Shown: piece by piece, positions 33,968 through 45,800 of the stretch
Position numbering within the stretch: the stretch's first letter is position 1
How the letters are laid out: every line of letters begins with the position of its first letter
Assembly (NCBI GenBank): GCA_001643675.2
Contig: LSRY02000041.1
Span: 558,001 to 622,000 of the forward strand
Direction of reading: 5' to 3'
Length of the DNA: 64,000 bases
DNA from: Monocercomonoides exilis PA203
Lineage: Eukaryota; Protista; Preaxostyla
The notes under the pieces: generated by a model
What the model saw: the letters and a program-made list of their open reading frames with translations, nothing else
Database searches by the model: none
Told to the model about the DNA's origin: nothing
Made by a program: the position numbers and the translations under genes

Positions 33968-35411
33968 CTAATTTAAAGCAAAACCTGATTGATAATATGC
34001 AATGTCTTGAACGCTGTTGTGATTCATGCCTTCCCTTAACAACTTTTTCCTTTGTTTTTTCATCAACACAATAACAAACATGGTTATTACAAAAACAACA
34101 GTGATAAAGCAACCAAATGATATGCATAATGCATTTTTCATTCGTCTTCGAAATTTCTCATTCAGCACGAAAGTCTGGCGCTGCAATAGGAGTCTCTGGA
34201 AGTTCCACATAAAATTCAGATGTTACTCTTGTTCCATTTCCGTTGTCATTGGCAGACGGATATTCTATTTGCACAGCAATAACATTTGCTCCGTCAAATT
34301 CATTCAAACCTGCGCTTACGAATATCGATTCATGCGACATATTCGAAAATAATTTTGAAATTACATTTTTTTCAGTTTTGTTATTCGCGTAAAATGACAA
34401 CAAAACATTCATTTCCCAAGGCGCAAAACCAAAGCCTGAAATTTGTATGCTTAACATTCATTTTTCTTTATTTGTCCAATAAAAAGTCACATTTGCAATG
34501 TTCACTTGGAAGAAAACGTATTTATCTTGATTTCCATTGTTAACCAATTTGCGTTTCCCAATGTCCATCCACAAATCCTCTTGTTCTTCTCCACTCTCAT
34601 GCAACGACCTTATCGAAGATGTATCCAGCGTCCCTCCATTCCCGCAATGTACCGTTCTTTGTATATTTGAATAAGAAATAAATCCACGTGTTTGAAATGA
34701 GTCATTCTCCACATATAATGTACCCTCTTTCTGAAATTTAAACCCAAACATTCCACCGATAAAAGATGTGTTTTTAACAGAAGTCTGACATTTTGACATT
34801 TCCATAGATCCATGTTTCCAAACACAAGCAAGGTTATCTTCAACGGTTTGAATAAATAATCCATTTCTATGATCCTTAATGCGACAATCAACAAAATATA
34901 CAAAAGAATCTTTGAAAATTATAAATGGGTCCCACTCCTCTAAATATGAATACTGACTGAAAGCTTCAATTTCAACTTTCTCAAAAGTTACAGAAGACAA
35001 TTCATCTGAACTCAATAATAAAGCTGTTTTGCAACCATCTGCAAAAGAAATCAGGTTGACCAATTTTATTGAGAATTTTGTTGAATGTATCGTAATTAAA
35101 GGAAAAGAACTCATTCCACAAGGATGAAGACGTGGAGAATTAAATTCTTCTTCTCTGAAAATATCAATATTTTCATCAGTGAATTCAGACGGAGATTGAT
35201 CCAAATCAGCAGATAAAATTATAAACATAATTTTGTGTTGCGTCAGATAACGATTCGAAGCATAACTCATTGATAAACAAGGATAATTTTAATTTCCACA
35301 ATCTTCAGTATCATTCCCCTCAAAAGAAATATAAACTTCTGCTGTATCGTTGCACAAACAAAATTCAGATAAAATAATGGATAAAAGAATTAGTTGCAAT
35401 GCAATCATCAT
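33968..35411 (-). pseudogene. Short type-I membrane protein of the beta-helix family, disrupted
   Basis: Signal peptide MMIALQLILLSIILSEFCLC, then VYISFEGNDTEDCGN*NYPC, ACVWKHG and RTVHCGNGG, ending in a TM segment ALCISFGCFITVVFVITMFVIVL. In-frame TAA at 35289-91, TGA at 34458-60 and a frameshift near 34170. Confidence 0.75.
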
Positions 35412-35826
35412 TTTTTCATATAATTATTAAGGTTTTATATGTTGAAGAAAACAGATTGTCCTTCTTTTATTTTTCCCAAATAATTTAACTCCGTTTCATA
35501 GAATAAAACAAAAATTCTTAATCGCTTTTGGTTTGATCAAACAGAAACAAATAATTACCATTTCCATCCTAGTTCGGAGGAGATCTGCTGTTTCATCAGC
35601 TTTTTTGTAAAAATTAATTTTTGGTAAATCCAGAAAGTTATTGAAGAAATCAAATACTGTTTGTATTGAGAAACAATCAACAACGTTTTATATTTTCACA
35701 AAACTTTTAATTTGATGAACTTTATGAAACACATCGATAACGCCTAGTAGTGAAAAAGAATGTCTTCACGCTTTAACGATATATCGAAAGTTCAACATCG
35801 AGAGATATCTCCATCAGTTGAGTTTT

Positions 35827-37233
35827 ATGGTTTGTTCATTATTATTTTTATTTGAAAGGTTTAATGCTTCAGCCTTTTACGATCATTGAAGATTTGTTAT
35901 TCAAACTGGAGCGCTGTACTGAAAATGAACAGAAGATCATTATTCAAAAGATGAATAGTGCTTTGGAAGAAATGAATTCTCAAATATTTGAACGAGCAGT
36001 TACAGAAGAAACATATAATTTCTTGGAAGAAATGATTGAAGAAAATATACTCTCAATGAGAAATGCAGTAACATTGCTGAAGCACATTGGATATTTTAAA
36101 AAATTGAATTTTATTTATTCTTGTAGCTTTAATGTTTCTTTATTGTTCAAAAGAATTGAAAAAATGATTAGAGAAAAAGAACAGAAAGAAAAAGAAAATG
36201 AAGAAAAGTTGTTTGCAGATCTATGCGAATGTTATCATATTTTGTGTAATTTTTTTGACTGTGTACCAGAAGAAATAGTTGCAGTTAGTGTACCTTGTCT
36301 TCTGAAAGTCGCGTTGAACAAAGGAGAGAGCGAAGAAGTCCAAAAAGAAGTGGAGATGGCTTTGATGGCCATGAGCAATGTGGTGAAGTGGGAGGTCTGA
36401 TGGATTTTGTATATTTTTTTGAATAATAATAAATTTTATTTATCACTTCACGAATTGAAAATTAGAATGCAGAAGAAGAGCTTTATCTGGATGAGATTAC
36501 AGAAATCATTCAATATCACGAAGAGCATCACAATCTCACGCAACTCGCCTATCAGTCAGCTTGGCAACTTTTGATTAACAGATTTATCATGGAAAGAAGA
36601 TTTGAGGATGTGATAATGAATGATTTGCATTTTGTGAGAGAAACGGAAAGAGAGTTTGAAGAGCTTTCAAGATGTGTGGATTGGAAGAGGAATGATGGTG
36701 AAAAGGGGAAAAAAGAAAAGAAAGAAGTGCAGATAATTAGGAATTGGATCAACCTTGTGAGTGATTCTTTGGAATATCACGAATTGTGGGAAGAGGGAAA
36801 TGTCGGAGTGATTCGTTGCCTTGTTGCGCTGTGCAGAGCAGCAAGAGAAAAAGAGCAAGAAGTTTTTGGAGATTGCCTTTGTGTATTTAATAGAATGTCC
36901 AGATATTCAACTGTTGGAACAGATGTCTTGCTGAAACATGGGGTTGTTGATCTGATTCTTGAAGAAATTCAGCGATCAACATTGAAAGACCTGATCATGT
37001 GGGAATATTTGCTATTCTTTTTGAACGTCTCAAAAAGATTGAAGGAAAAGACGGATAGAAATATTGACAAATCGATAAGAAAGACGACAAAAAGGGAGAT
37101 ATTTGAAGCACTGGAGGAAGAAGGATATGAAGATATCATTTCAAGCTTTCATGAGATTTTTGATTTTCTTAACGAAAAACTTTGTTGGACTCGATTATCA
37201 TTGAGCATTTCTGAATATTTTGTTAATGCTTAA
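35827..37233 (+). CDS. Helical-repeat multigene family protein of unknown function
   Basis: Intron 36395-36465 (GTCTGA..TTAG) joins QKEVEMALMAMSNVVKWE to NAEEELYLDEITEIIQYHEEHHNLTQLAYQSAW in frame, ending LEEEGYED...EYFVNA*. The start is uncertain (ATG 35827 plus intron 35830-35872, or ATG 35864). Confidence 0.8.
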
Positions 37234-37995
37234 GGAAATGATATGTTTTGCCTTTTTTCTCTAAGAATTTCAATTTTTCTTTTTGCATCATTTCACAAAA
37301 TTGAAATCAAACAATAATTAAAAGAATATTTTTTCAAATATTTTTTCTTGTTCTCTTTGAAATGAATCTTAGCAATAAAAAAAAAAAAAAAGAAAAGAAA
37401 AAAAGAAAACCAAATCAGAAAGATATTCTCACTTCCAAATTCGAAGAAATTTTATATTATTCATTCATTTTGGAGATATTGATCGAAACAATATTTGCAG
37501 AATTTTCTTCATTTTTTTTCAACATGGTGCGTTCCTGAGATGGCTCAAATTTCAATTTATTGTTGATTTTGGATAATTGAAATTTGTGAATCTCATTTTT
37601 TCCTTCATTCATATGAAACTTCACTTCCTCCTTGAAAAAATAATGCATTGTATTCGAAGAACTTCGATGAAAAGCATATAGAAATTAAAAGATGATCATT
37701 CTTTCAATTATTTTCTTTTTGGAAACAACCCATAAAAATAACATATTTTTCATATCATTTTCGATTCACAAATCAAATGCGAAAAAATCACATCGCTTGG
37801 ATGCCCGACAAGTATGTTTTGAACACTGTTTGAGATTTCGTATCCGTTATGTTCTCTCTGTTTCGAATTCTGTGTTGTTCTCTCTTTTCTTTGAAATACA
37901 AACAATTATCAAAAATTGTTAAAGTTAGCCTTATCGGAATTGTTTCAAGGTGTTGTTTGTTGTTATGATTAAAAACTTTGGAGCTATGCAAATGA

Positions 37996-39315
37996 ATGTT
38001 TTGTTTTCTTGAAGAAAAATATCTGGAACTGGAAGGTTTTTCGTTGGATTTGCAGGCTCGAAATATGTTTGAAATGAACAAGCTTATTTACAAAATGGAA
38101 ACAGAAGAATTGAGCGACATTCTCACAGAAACATTGTTCTCGGAAATTGACAAAATGATTGGAAGAAATCAACTTTCACTTGAAAATGTTTTTGTGTTTT
38201 TGAAGCGTGTTGAGTGTCGCATCGTGTTGAATCATGAAGTGAGATGTGAATTTGAGTTTTCTTCGTTATTCAGAAGATTTGAGAAGATGATAATGAAAGA
38301 AGAAAAGAAAAAAGAAGGAAGAAATGAGCAATTGCTGATCGATCTCCTTGAATGCACTCTGTTGCTGACTGATTTCTTCACTCAAGAAGAAACAGTCCTG
38401 TTTGGTGTACACTGTCTTCTAAAGGCTGCTTTTAACAAGGAGGAAAACAAAGAAACACAAAAAGAAGTGGAGATGGCTTTGCTTTCGTTGAGTAATATCG
38501 GTTGGGAGAAGGTGTGAGTTTTTGCTGTTCTTTGGTGATGAATTTGTTTTTGTGTTCGATTGTGAAATCAGAAAATGGCAAAAGAGTTGTATCTGAACAG
38601 AATAAAGGAAATCATCAGAAATCATCAGGAACATCACAACCTGACGCGACTTGCCTATCAATCATCCTGGTATTTTCTGATAAAAAGATTTCATAATGAT
38701 GGAAGCTTGGAAGATGTGATTGTGGATGAGCTCCATTTGATGAAAGAGACAACGAGAGAATTGGAGGAGTTGGCAAAACATGTGGATTGGGTGGGAGAGG
38801 CGAGAAAGCTTGGGAAGATGACGGAAGTGCATGTGCTGAAACGATGGTTCAACATTCTGAACTCATATTTTGACTGGGTCGAGTCGAAAGGAGGAGACTG
38901 TTCAGATTTTGTTCAATTCATTGTTGAGCTGTGCAGAGTCAAAATGAAGAATGATGCCGAAATGCTTCGAGCACTGTTGAATCTTATTGGAATCATGGCC
39001 GACAACTCATCGATAGAAATTGAGAGCATTTTGAAAGGAGAAGCCATTGATTTTGCTTTGGAAGAGATTTGTCAGTCGACATTGAACAACAACATTGCAA
39101 GGAGCTGCATCAAAATATTTTTGCATCTCGATAAAAGGCTGAGCAAAAAGACAGATTGTGAACACGAAGAAGCAGGATTAACAGCGAAAAGAGAGATAAA
39201 TGACAGATTTGAAGAAGAAGGATTCCAAGATGAAATTATCAGTTTGTCAAAAATCACATTGGCGCATTCCAATAAATTGCTGATTGAATTCAACGAGCAT
39301 TATCCACTTTTCTGA
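37996..39315 (+). CDS. Helical-repeat multigene family protein (tandem paralogue); 5' end uncertain
   Basis: Intron 38512-38571 (GTGTGA..TCAG) at the same position joins QKEVEMALLSLSNIGWEK to KMAKELYLNRIKEIIRNHQEHHNLTRLAYQSSW. FEEEGFQD lies near the C-terminus. Confidence 0.8.
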
Positions 39316-39807
39316 ACTTCAAAAAAGCATATCTCCCATCCCTTCAAAAGATGTTTTCTCAGTTCATTGCATTTCACTTTTCAACAATGATCGATTGTCA
39401 TTCAAAAACGAATATTACTCAGTTGTGATTGGGAAAGAAAGCGAGTGAGAAACACAATGTGCTCATGATATCGAACTTTTTTAAAAGGTTTATTCGATTC
39501 TTGATGTCAAGAGAACAATTTCATTTCAGATTTTATTTTCAAAAACAATTAATCAGAATTGACGAAGAATTCGTGATGATAAGATGAAAATTATATCTCA
39601 AAAGGAAAATGAAATTATTGTGCTTGAAGTGCTGAAATATTGCATAAGAATAATTCTTTTGTAGTGAATCTGAATATTAACAACAATGCAAATGAAAAAT
39701 CTGATGAAGGAATACCAATTTTGAGATTACCCATACTTAATTATTGGGAATTGCAAAAAAAGAAAATTGCCTTTATTTGTTGTTGCCGATTCGAAACAGC
39801 AGAGCAA

Positions 39808-42800
39808 ATGAGATTCCTGAAGCCAATTCATTGTTTTGCAATTTTTCATTTGGCTTCATTTCTTTGTTGCATTGAAGATGATCAGCTTTTGGCGATAAAT
39901 GACAATTTTGCTTTCCCCGAAGACAAAAAGGTGAATGCAAGTTATAAAGGTGAGTTTTTTGCTTTCAATATTGTTTCGATTTGATGTTTTGTTTTTCTGA
40001 CATTTTCATCCATTGTCCTCAGATCGTTTCGAAATACGATTCAAAAATGCTCTTTTAACAAATTTTGTTCAAAGCAATTCCTCTTTGGAAATATCGTGTT
40101 CAGAACTTTATCAGTGTTCAAACAGTCCAATTTTCATTTGCAAGCATTCATCGGTGATTGCTATTGTCCGTTGTTCAGTTCGTTTTCAGGCATTTTTGTC
40201 ATCGTGCCCAATCTCTTTGGCAGAAAGCACAGCTTCTTTATTCAACATCAGCCTTTGCTGCGATTCACCAACATTTGTTGTTCCCCCTTTGCTGGAATCT
40301 TCCCCAACTTCACAATTTTCCTGCTGTGGATTGTTGACAATGTCGCATTGTTCGTTTTCCTCGATGATGATTTCGTCTTCGCCATTTCTATTTTCAGAAG
40401 CAGTGTCCCACGTTTCTGCCATTCATTCCGTTTTTGAGAACATTTCTAATTTCAAATCAGAGGGACCATCTCGAAATCGTTTCACTGCATCAACAGCTCA
40501 TCATTACACAACAATCCACAGCTGCTCGTTTTTTTCAGTCAGTGATGTGTATGATGGTGGACTGTTTCAATCCATAAATTGCCCTTGCTCATCTTTGTCT
40601 TCGTTGAACAGCACTTTTCTTTCTTGTAATCGTTCGTCCAATGCTCGTTATGCTGGAGCTGAAGAAAACCCATTATCTCTTGAAAGGACTGTTGTTGAGA
40701 CTGCAGGAGGGCATTTGTTTGTTTGGTGTGAATGGAAAAATGCAGCACCAGATGCTACCGGAGGAGCTATTTGCATGCATAACATTGGAGATTCCATAAA
40801 TGTTTCTCATTGTTTATTCGATAACATTAATATTATAAAAAATGGACAAAGCTATCATGGAGGATCCATTTATGTATTAGGACTGAATTCTGTTAATATA
40901 GAATCATCAAATTTTAGTCAAAGTTGTGCAAGCCATGGAGGAGCAATTTGCAGTTGCGATCACAGGAATTGCGAGCAATACAAAGATCTTATTTTCAACA
41001 ATTGTTATATTAATTCAACACATGGAATGGTTTGCTATTTGCGCCCTCAATATCTTCAATCATCAGGAGTCTTTATTTTTTCCAACAGTTTTTTTGTGAA
41101 CAATTCAGCTGGAAATTCCGCCGGTTGCCTTGATTTCAGTTCTTCTTTACCAGGTGTTGAACTCATGACTCTTTTGATATCGGAAAATATATTCATAAGC
41201 AATATGCTGAACGATGCAATAACGAATGTCAGTTTATATGGTGGGGCTGGAATACATTTTGATGGACTTTCAGAGCAAGCTGTTCGAATATCTTTCATTC
41301 GTTTTTGTTTTTTCCATCAAAATAAAGCAAACAATGGAGAAGGAAATGACATAAAAATATGTGGAGGAGAAGTTAACAGCAATCCATTTTTTGAGTCATA
41401 TTCAACAACAACAGAAAAGCGGGTGTGGTTCAAAGGCACTGCGGATAGCGAAGAATACAACGGATGGCTTCCAGTTGGGATATTGCTTCTGACTCGATAT
41501 GCCCATCAGAATGGAAATGATTTGGATGGGCTTTGTGGGTTGAGCGACACAACACACTGCAGAACAATAGAGCATGTTTTCTGAAAGTTGAAGAACGATG
41601 TTGAGTGCAAAGTGATTTTGCTGGAATCATCCTTTGCTCCTTCTTCAGCACTCTCCATCAGCAGCCAGAAAGTCAAAGTGATTGGAAACGGAACAAACAA
41701 ATCAGTCATAAGAACTGGCATGCTGACAAGCTCAGTGGCGCTATTCACAATCAATTCTGGTGATTTGCGTATCTTCTCATTGACGATTGACCACAACACA
41801 GAATCAGAGACTGTTGGATTATTTTCCATTTCTGACCCAGCTGGAGCGGTTCACTTGAAGCACCTCCTTATCACTTCAACAAGGACTCAGCCTACTTCTT
41901 TTAACAAGCCATTGTTTGATATTGGCTCAGGAAGCATTTCAATTGAATCATGCAAGTTTTCTGATTTCAGAATCAATGCACAACTGATAAAGGATCCAAT
42001 ATCGTCCTTTTCTCAAATATCAAACACAAACTTCACAGAAATCATTCGAAGTTCTGGAAATGGAGGAGTGATTGAGTGCAACGTTTCAAATAGAGAGGCA
42101 TTGGCGTTGAACAACATATCGTTTGATAAGTGCAAGTGTGAAAGTGGAAATGGAGGATGCTTTTCCATTTTGATGCAAGTCGAATCAAAAGCGAGACTTG
42201 GAGAAATTGATTCGCTGACTTTTACTGATTGCGATGCTGAGGGAGCAGGCAACAACGGATTTGGAGGTGCAATATTTCTGAAATTGGAAAACTCAGCCAG
42301 TGATTTTGTTTTTGAAAAGGTGGCATTCACCAACTGCCATGCTTCACAGTTTGGCAACAACATTTTTATTGAGGCAGCGAACTTGAGCCAAGTGATCAAT
42401 GCAGAGCGGTTGAAGTTTAGCCATCAACTGAATGTGCTCACTGATCTGTGTGGATTTGAAAATGGCGATCGTTCGTTTGCGATTCCTCTTGTGCTTTATC
42501 TCCGGAGCAAGCCGAGCGAGTTTTATGTTGGAAATACGAACAAACGAGATTGGTATATGTGTGGATTTGCTGACGAGCAGTGCTCAACCGTGGATTATGT
42601 GTTCCTGCAGCACAAAACACCAAGCGGTGTGTCAATTGCTGTTGATGGAAGTTCCACCCTTTCACGAGAGATATCTCTGTCTGAAGGCACCACAAGTGTT
42701 CGAGGGATAAGATCCCAGACACAGCTCATCATTAACGACAATTTGACAACAAATCAAGATGGGATGATTATCAGCAGAGCAACAACTTCTTTTTTGAGCA

Positions 42801-45800
42801 TCCAGTTTTATCTGCCAAGCTCACTCTCTGGAAGGGAAGCACTGTTTCTGGTGCAGTCAGGATCTTTCTCATGTGAGCAGTGTGTGCTGATGCTGACATC
42901 GAGCACAACATTGTCTTATGGATTTGTTGTCAGCACTGGTGGAACAAGCATGGTGAAGTCGCTTGTGGTGAAAGGATTCACATTAACAGAAGCCCCGCTG
43001 ATGATTTCACACACGAACGGGCAGCTTAACATTGAGTTGTGCAACATTTCGAATACAACTGCCACATCAAATGAAGGAATTATAAAATGTTCAAACGGAG
43101 GATCACTCACTCTTCAGAATTCAACAATGGAAGGAATTGTGTGCAGCAGCAAGGCAGCTATCTCGATTGAAAATGGGAAAACAGTGAAAATGGAAAAAAT
43201 CAACATGAAATCAATCGAGCTTGCAAATGGAAATGGAAGTGCAATGAGTATCGTTATTCATTCTGACAATATTGTTGAGATTTGTGAATCAACTTTTTTC
43301 AACTGTTTGGCTTGCTCTGGCTGTGGAGGAGGGATATATGCTTCGTTTGCTGGAAGCGGAAAGCTGAGCATCGGGAAAGAAGGAACACTCACATCATTCA
43401 CAAAGTGCGGAGCAAGTGATACAAGAACTCAATGCGGATATGGTGGTGGGTTGTTTGTGAAGGCTGATGGTCGGTTCAATGATTATTCGATTTCTTCAGT
43501 CAGCTTTACGAGCAGTGTTGAAAAAAACAATGCAGAGAAAGGAGGTAACAGCATGTTTTTTGATGAAGCGAATTTGGCAGATTTGATGAATTCAGGAAAA
43601 GTGGATGTGACGATCTCGACAAACACAGCAGAATACAGTGATGCAATGGGCTTCGAAAATGGGGAGGAGGATTATGCAATTCCACTGGCTCTGTATTTCA
43701 TTGCCCCCTTTCCTCTGCCAGCACTCGCTGGGGGAAGCAACAAGAGAGATTTCAGTGGATGTGGACATTCGGGGTATCCTTGCTCCACAATCGCATTCAC
43801 AGTCGATCTTCGTTTTTCCTCCTTGGACAAAGACATCTTGCTTGATCCAACATTTGTTTGGAGCGAAGAGACAGTGATGAGTGCTGGTGAATGGAAGGTG
43901 AAATGTGTTCAAAAGAACACAAGAATTGCTGTTTCTCCACCACCTCCAACAGATTCTCCCTCATTAATAGTTGTGACTCAACCAGCAACAATCACGAACA
44001 TCACGTTTGCATTGCCATTGTCGCTCAACTCCAGATCATCTTTGATTCAATGCAACGGAAAAAGTCTGACGTTCAATGACTGTGGGTTTTCGCGAACTTA
44101 TTCAGAAGAAAGCAACGAGATCAATTTCAGCTTTGCAAGAATAATCGGAGGAACAATTGTTGCAAATGATTTTGTTGTTGTTGCAGAAACAAATAAAATT
44201 ACGTTTTCAACCAGTCCATTTTTATTTGAGGGAGGAAGCTCATTCACGTTGCAGAGCTGTGAGATCAACGGAATAACCGTGAAGAACGGAAATGGTGGAC
44301 TGCTTTGCACAAACGCGAATGGAGGAAGCTGTGAAATCGTGATTGATGGATGTCAGATAAGTTCATCATGCGAAGATGGGAGTGAACTGAAAGGAGGAGC
44401 ATTATTTATTCAGAAACAGGGGAATATGGATGTTAATGTGAAGAACACCAGATTCAGCAGTTGTGATGTTCCGGCTGGTGAAGCAGCAGATAGAGGGAGA
44501 GGACTGGGCGGAGGGGTATATTTGTATGTTTCAGATAATAATGGAATGTGCTTGCTGAAAGACCTGACATTCTCTGGGTGCAAAGCGTGGAAAGGCAGCA
44601 ATGTCTTTGTGGATGGCAACAATTTGACTGAAGCAGTCCGAACAGATAACTTCCAAATTGCTTGGAGAGAGATGGACAAAACGGATTTGATGGGATATGA
44701 GCGAGTCTCCTGCAATCGAGATTTTGCGATTCCTTTGGCTGCATTTCTGACTTCGTTTTCAGGAAGCGGATATGTTGGGGGTGAGGAAGATGGAGGATAC
44801 GATCACTCGGGATGCGGATTCGTATTTGCCCCTTGCCACTCAATCAGCAAAGTTGTTGAATTGAGATTAGTATCAGCGCAAGGGCAAGGCGTTGTTGTGG
44901 TTCTTCCATCATTCCAGCTGGACAGCTGCACAAGGCTTGCCTCGTGTTCTGTTTCCATTTTGGCTACAACAAAGGATTCATCTATTTTTGTCTGCAGCAA
45001 CGGAAGCGGGGAAGGGGATGGCTTGATCGAAACAGCAGCAGATGTGTCGATTTCAAACATCTCTTTTTCGTTGCCTCCAAGATTCATCGAAAATTCTCGA
45101 TTGTTTCTGATTCTGTGCCAGCAATCAACTTTGAGAGTTGCTAATTGCTCAGCGACAAGGCAAATAGAAAGCGAGGCAATCAAATTCAGTATTCTTTGTG
45201 CAACAGGAGGTGAAGTGCATTTGACTGAATTTGAGCTGAAAAGAATTGATTTTGGAGATATTGCAGCAGTTGAGTTGAGTGGACAAGGAACATCATTATT
45301 TGTTGCAGGATGCACTTTTGAAGAGATTGAGAGTCTGACGCATAATGGATTGATCCACTTGACTGGTGAATCTTCAGCTGACATCAAGAAGCTAACAGTC
45401 AATGGCTCAACACTGGAAAGCGGGAGTGTTTTTTCTTTTGGGGAAGGAAATGGAATGAAAGTTGTATCGAGTGAATTGTTGAATGTGACTGGCAACAGCG
45501 GGAATGGCTCAGTCATTTCGGGAGCTGTTGGGCAAGGAAAGCGAGTGGAGATAAGCGGTTGTGTGTTTTCGAAAGACATGTGCCAAGGCGAGGAACCATT
45601 TGGCGGGATGGGGGCATTGAATGTGTCGGATGGAGGAGAGCTGATATTCACTCGGAACAGAGTGGAGAGCTGCACAGCGCTGGGAGCTCGGGGGTGTGGA
45701 GGAGGGTTGCATCTGAAATTCGATGCGAATGTGCAGTACTCGATGAAATCGAACACTTTCACAGGAAATCTTGCTTCGAAGGGAAATGACCTGTTTCTGC

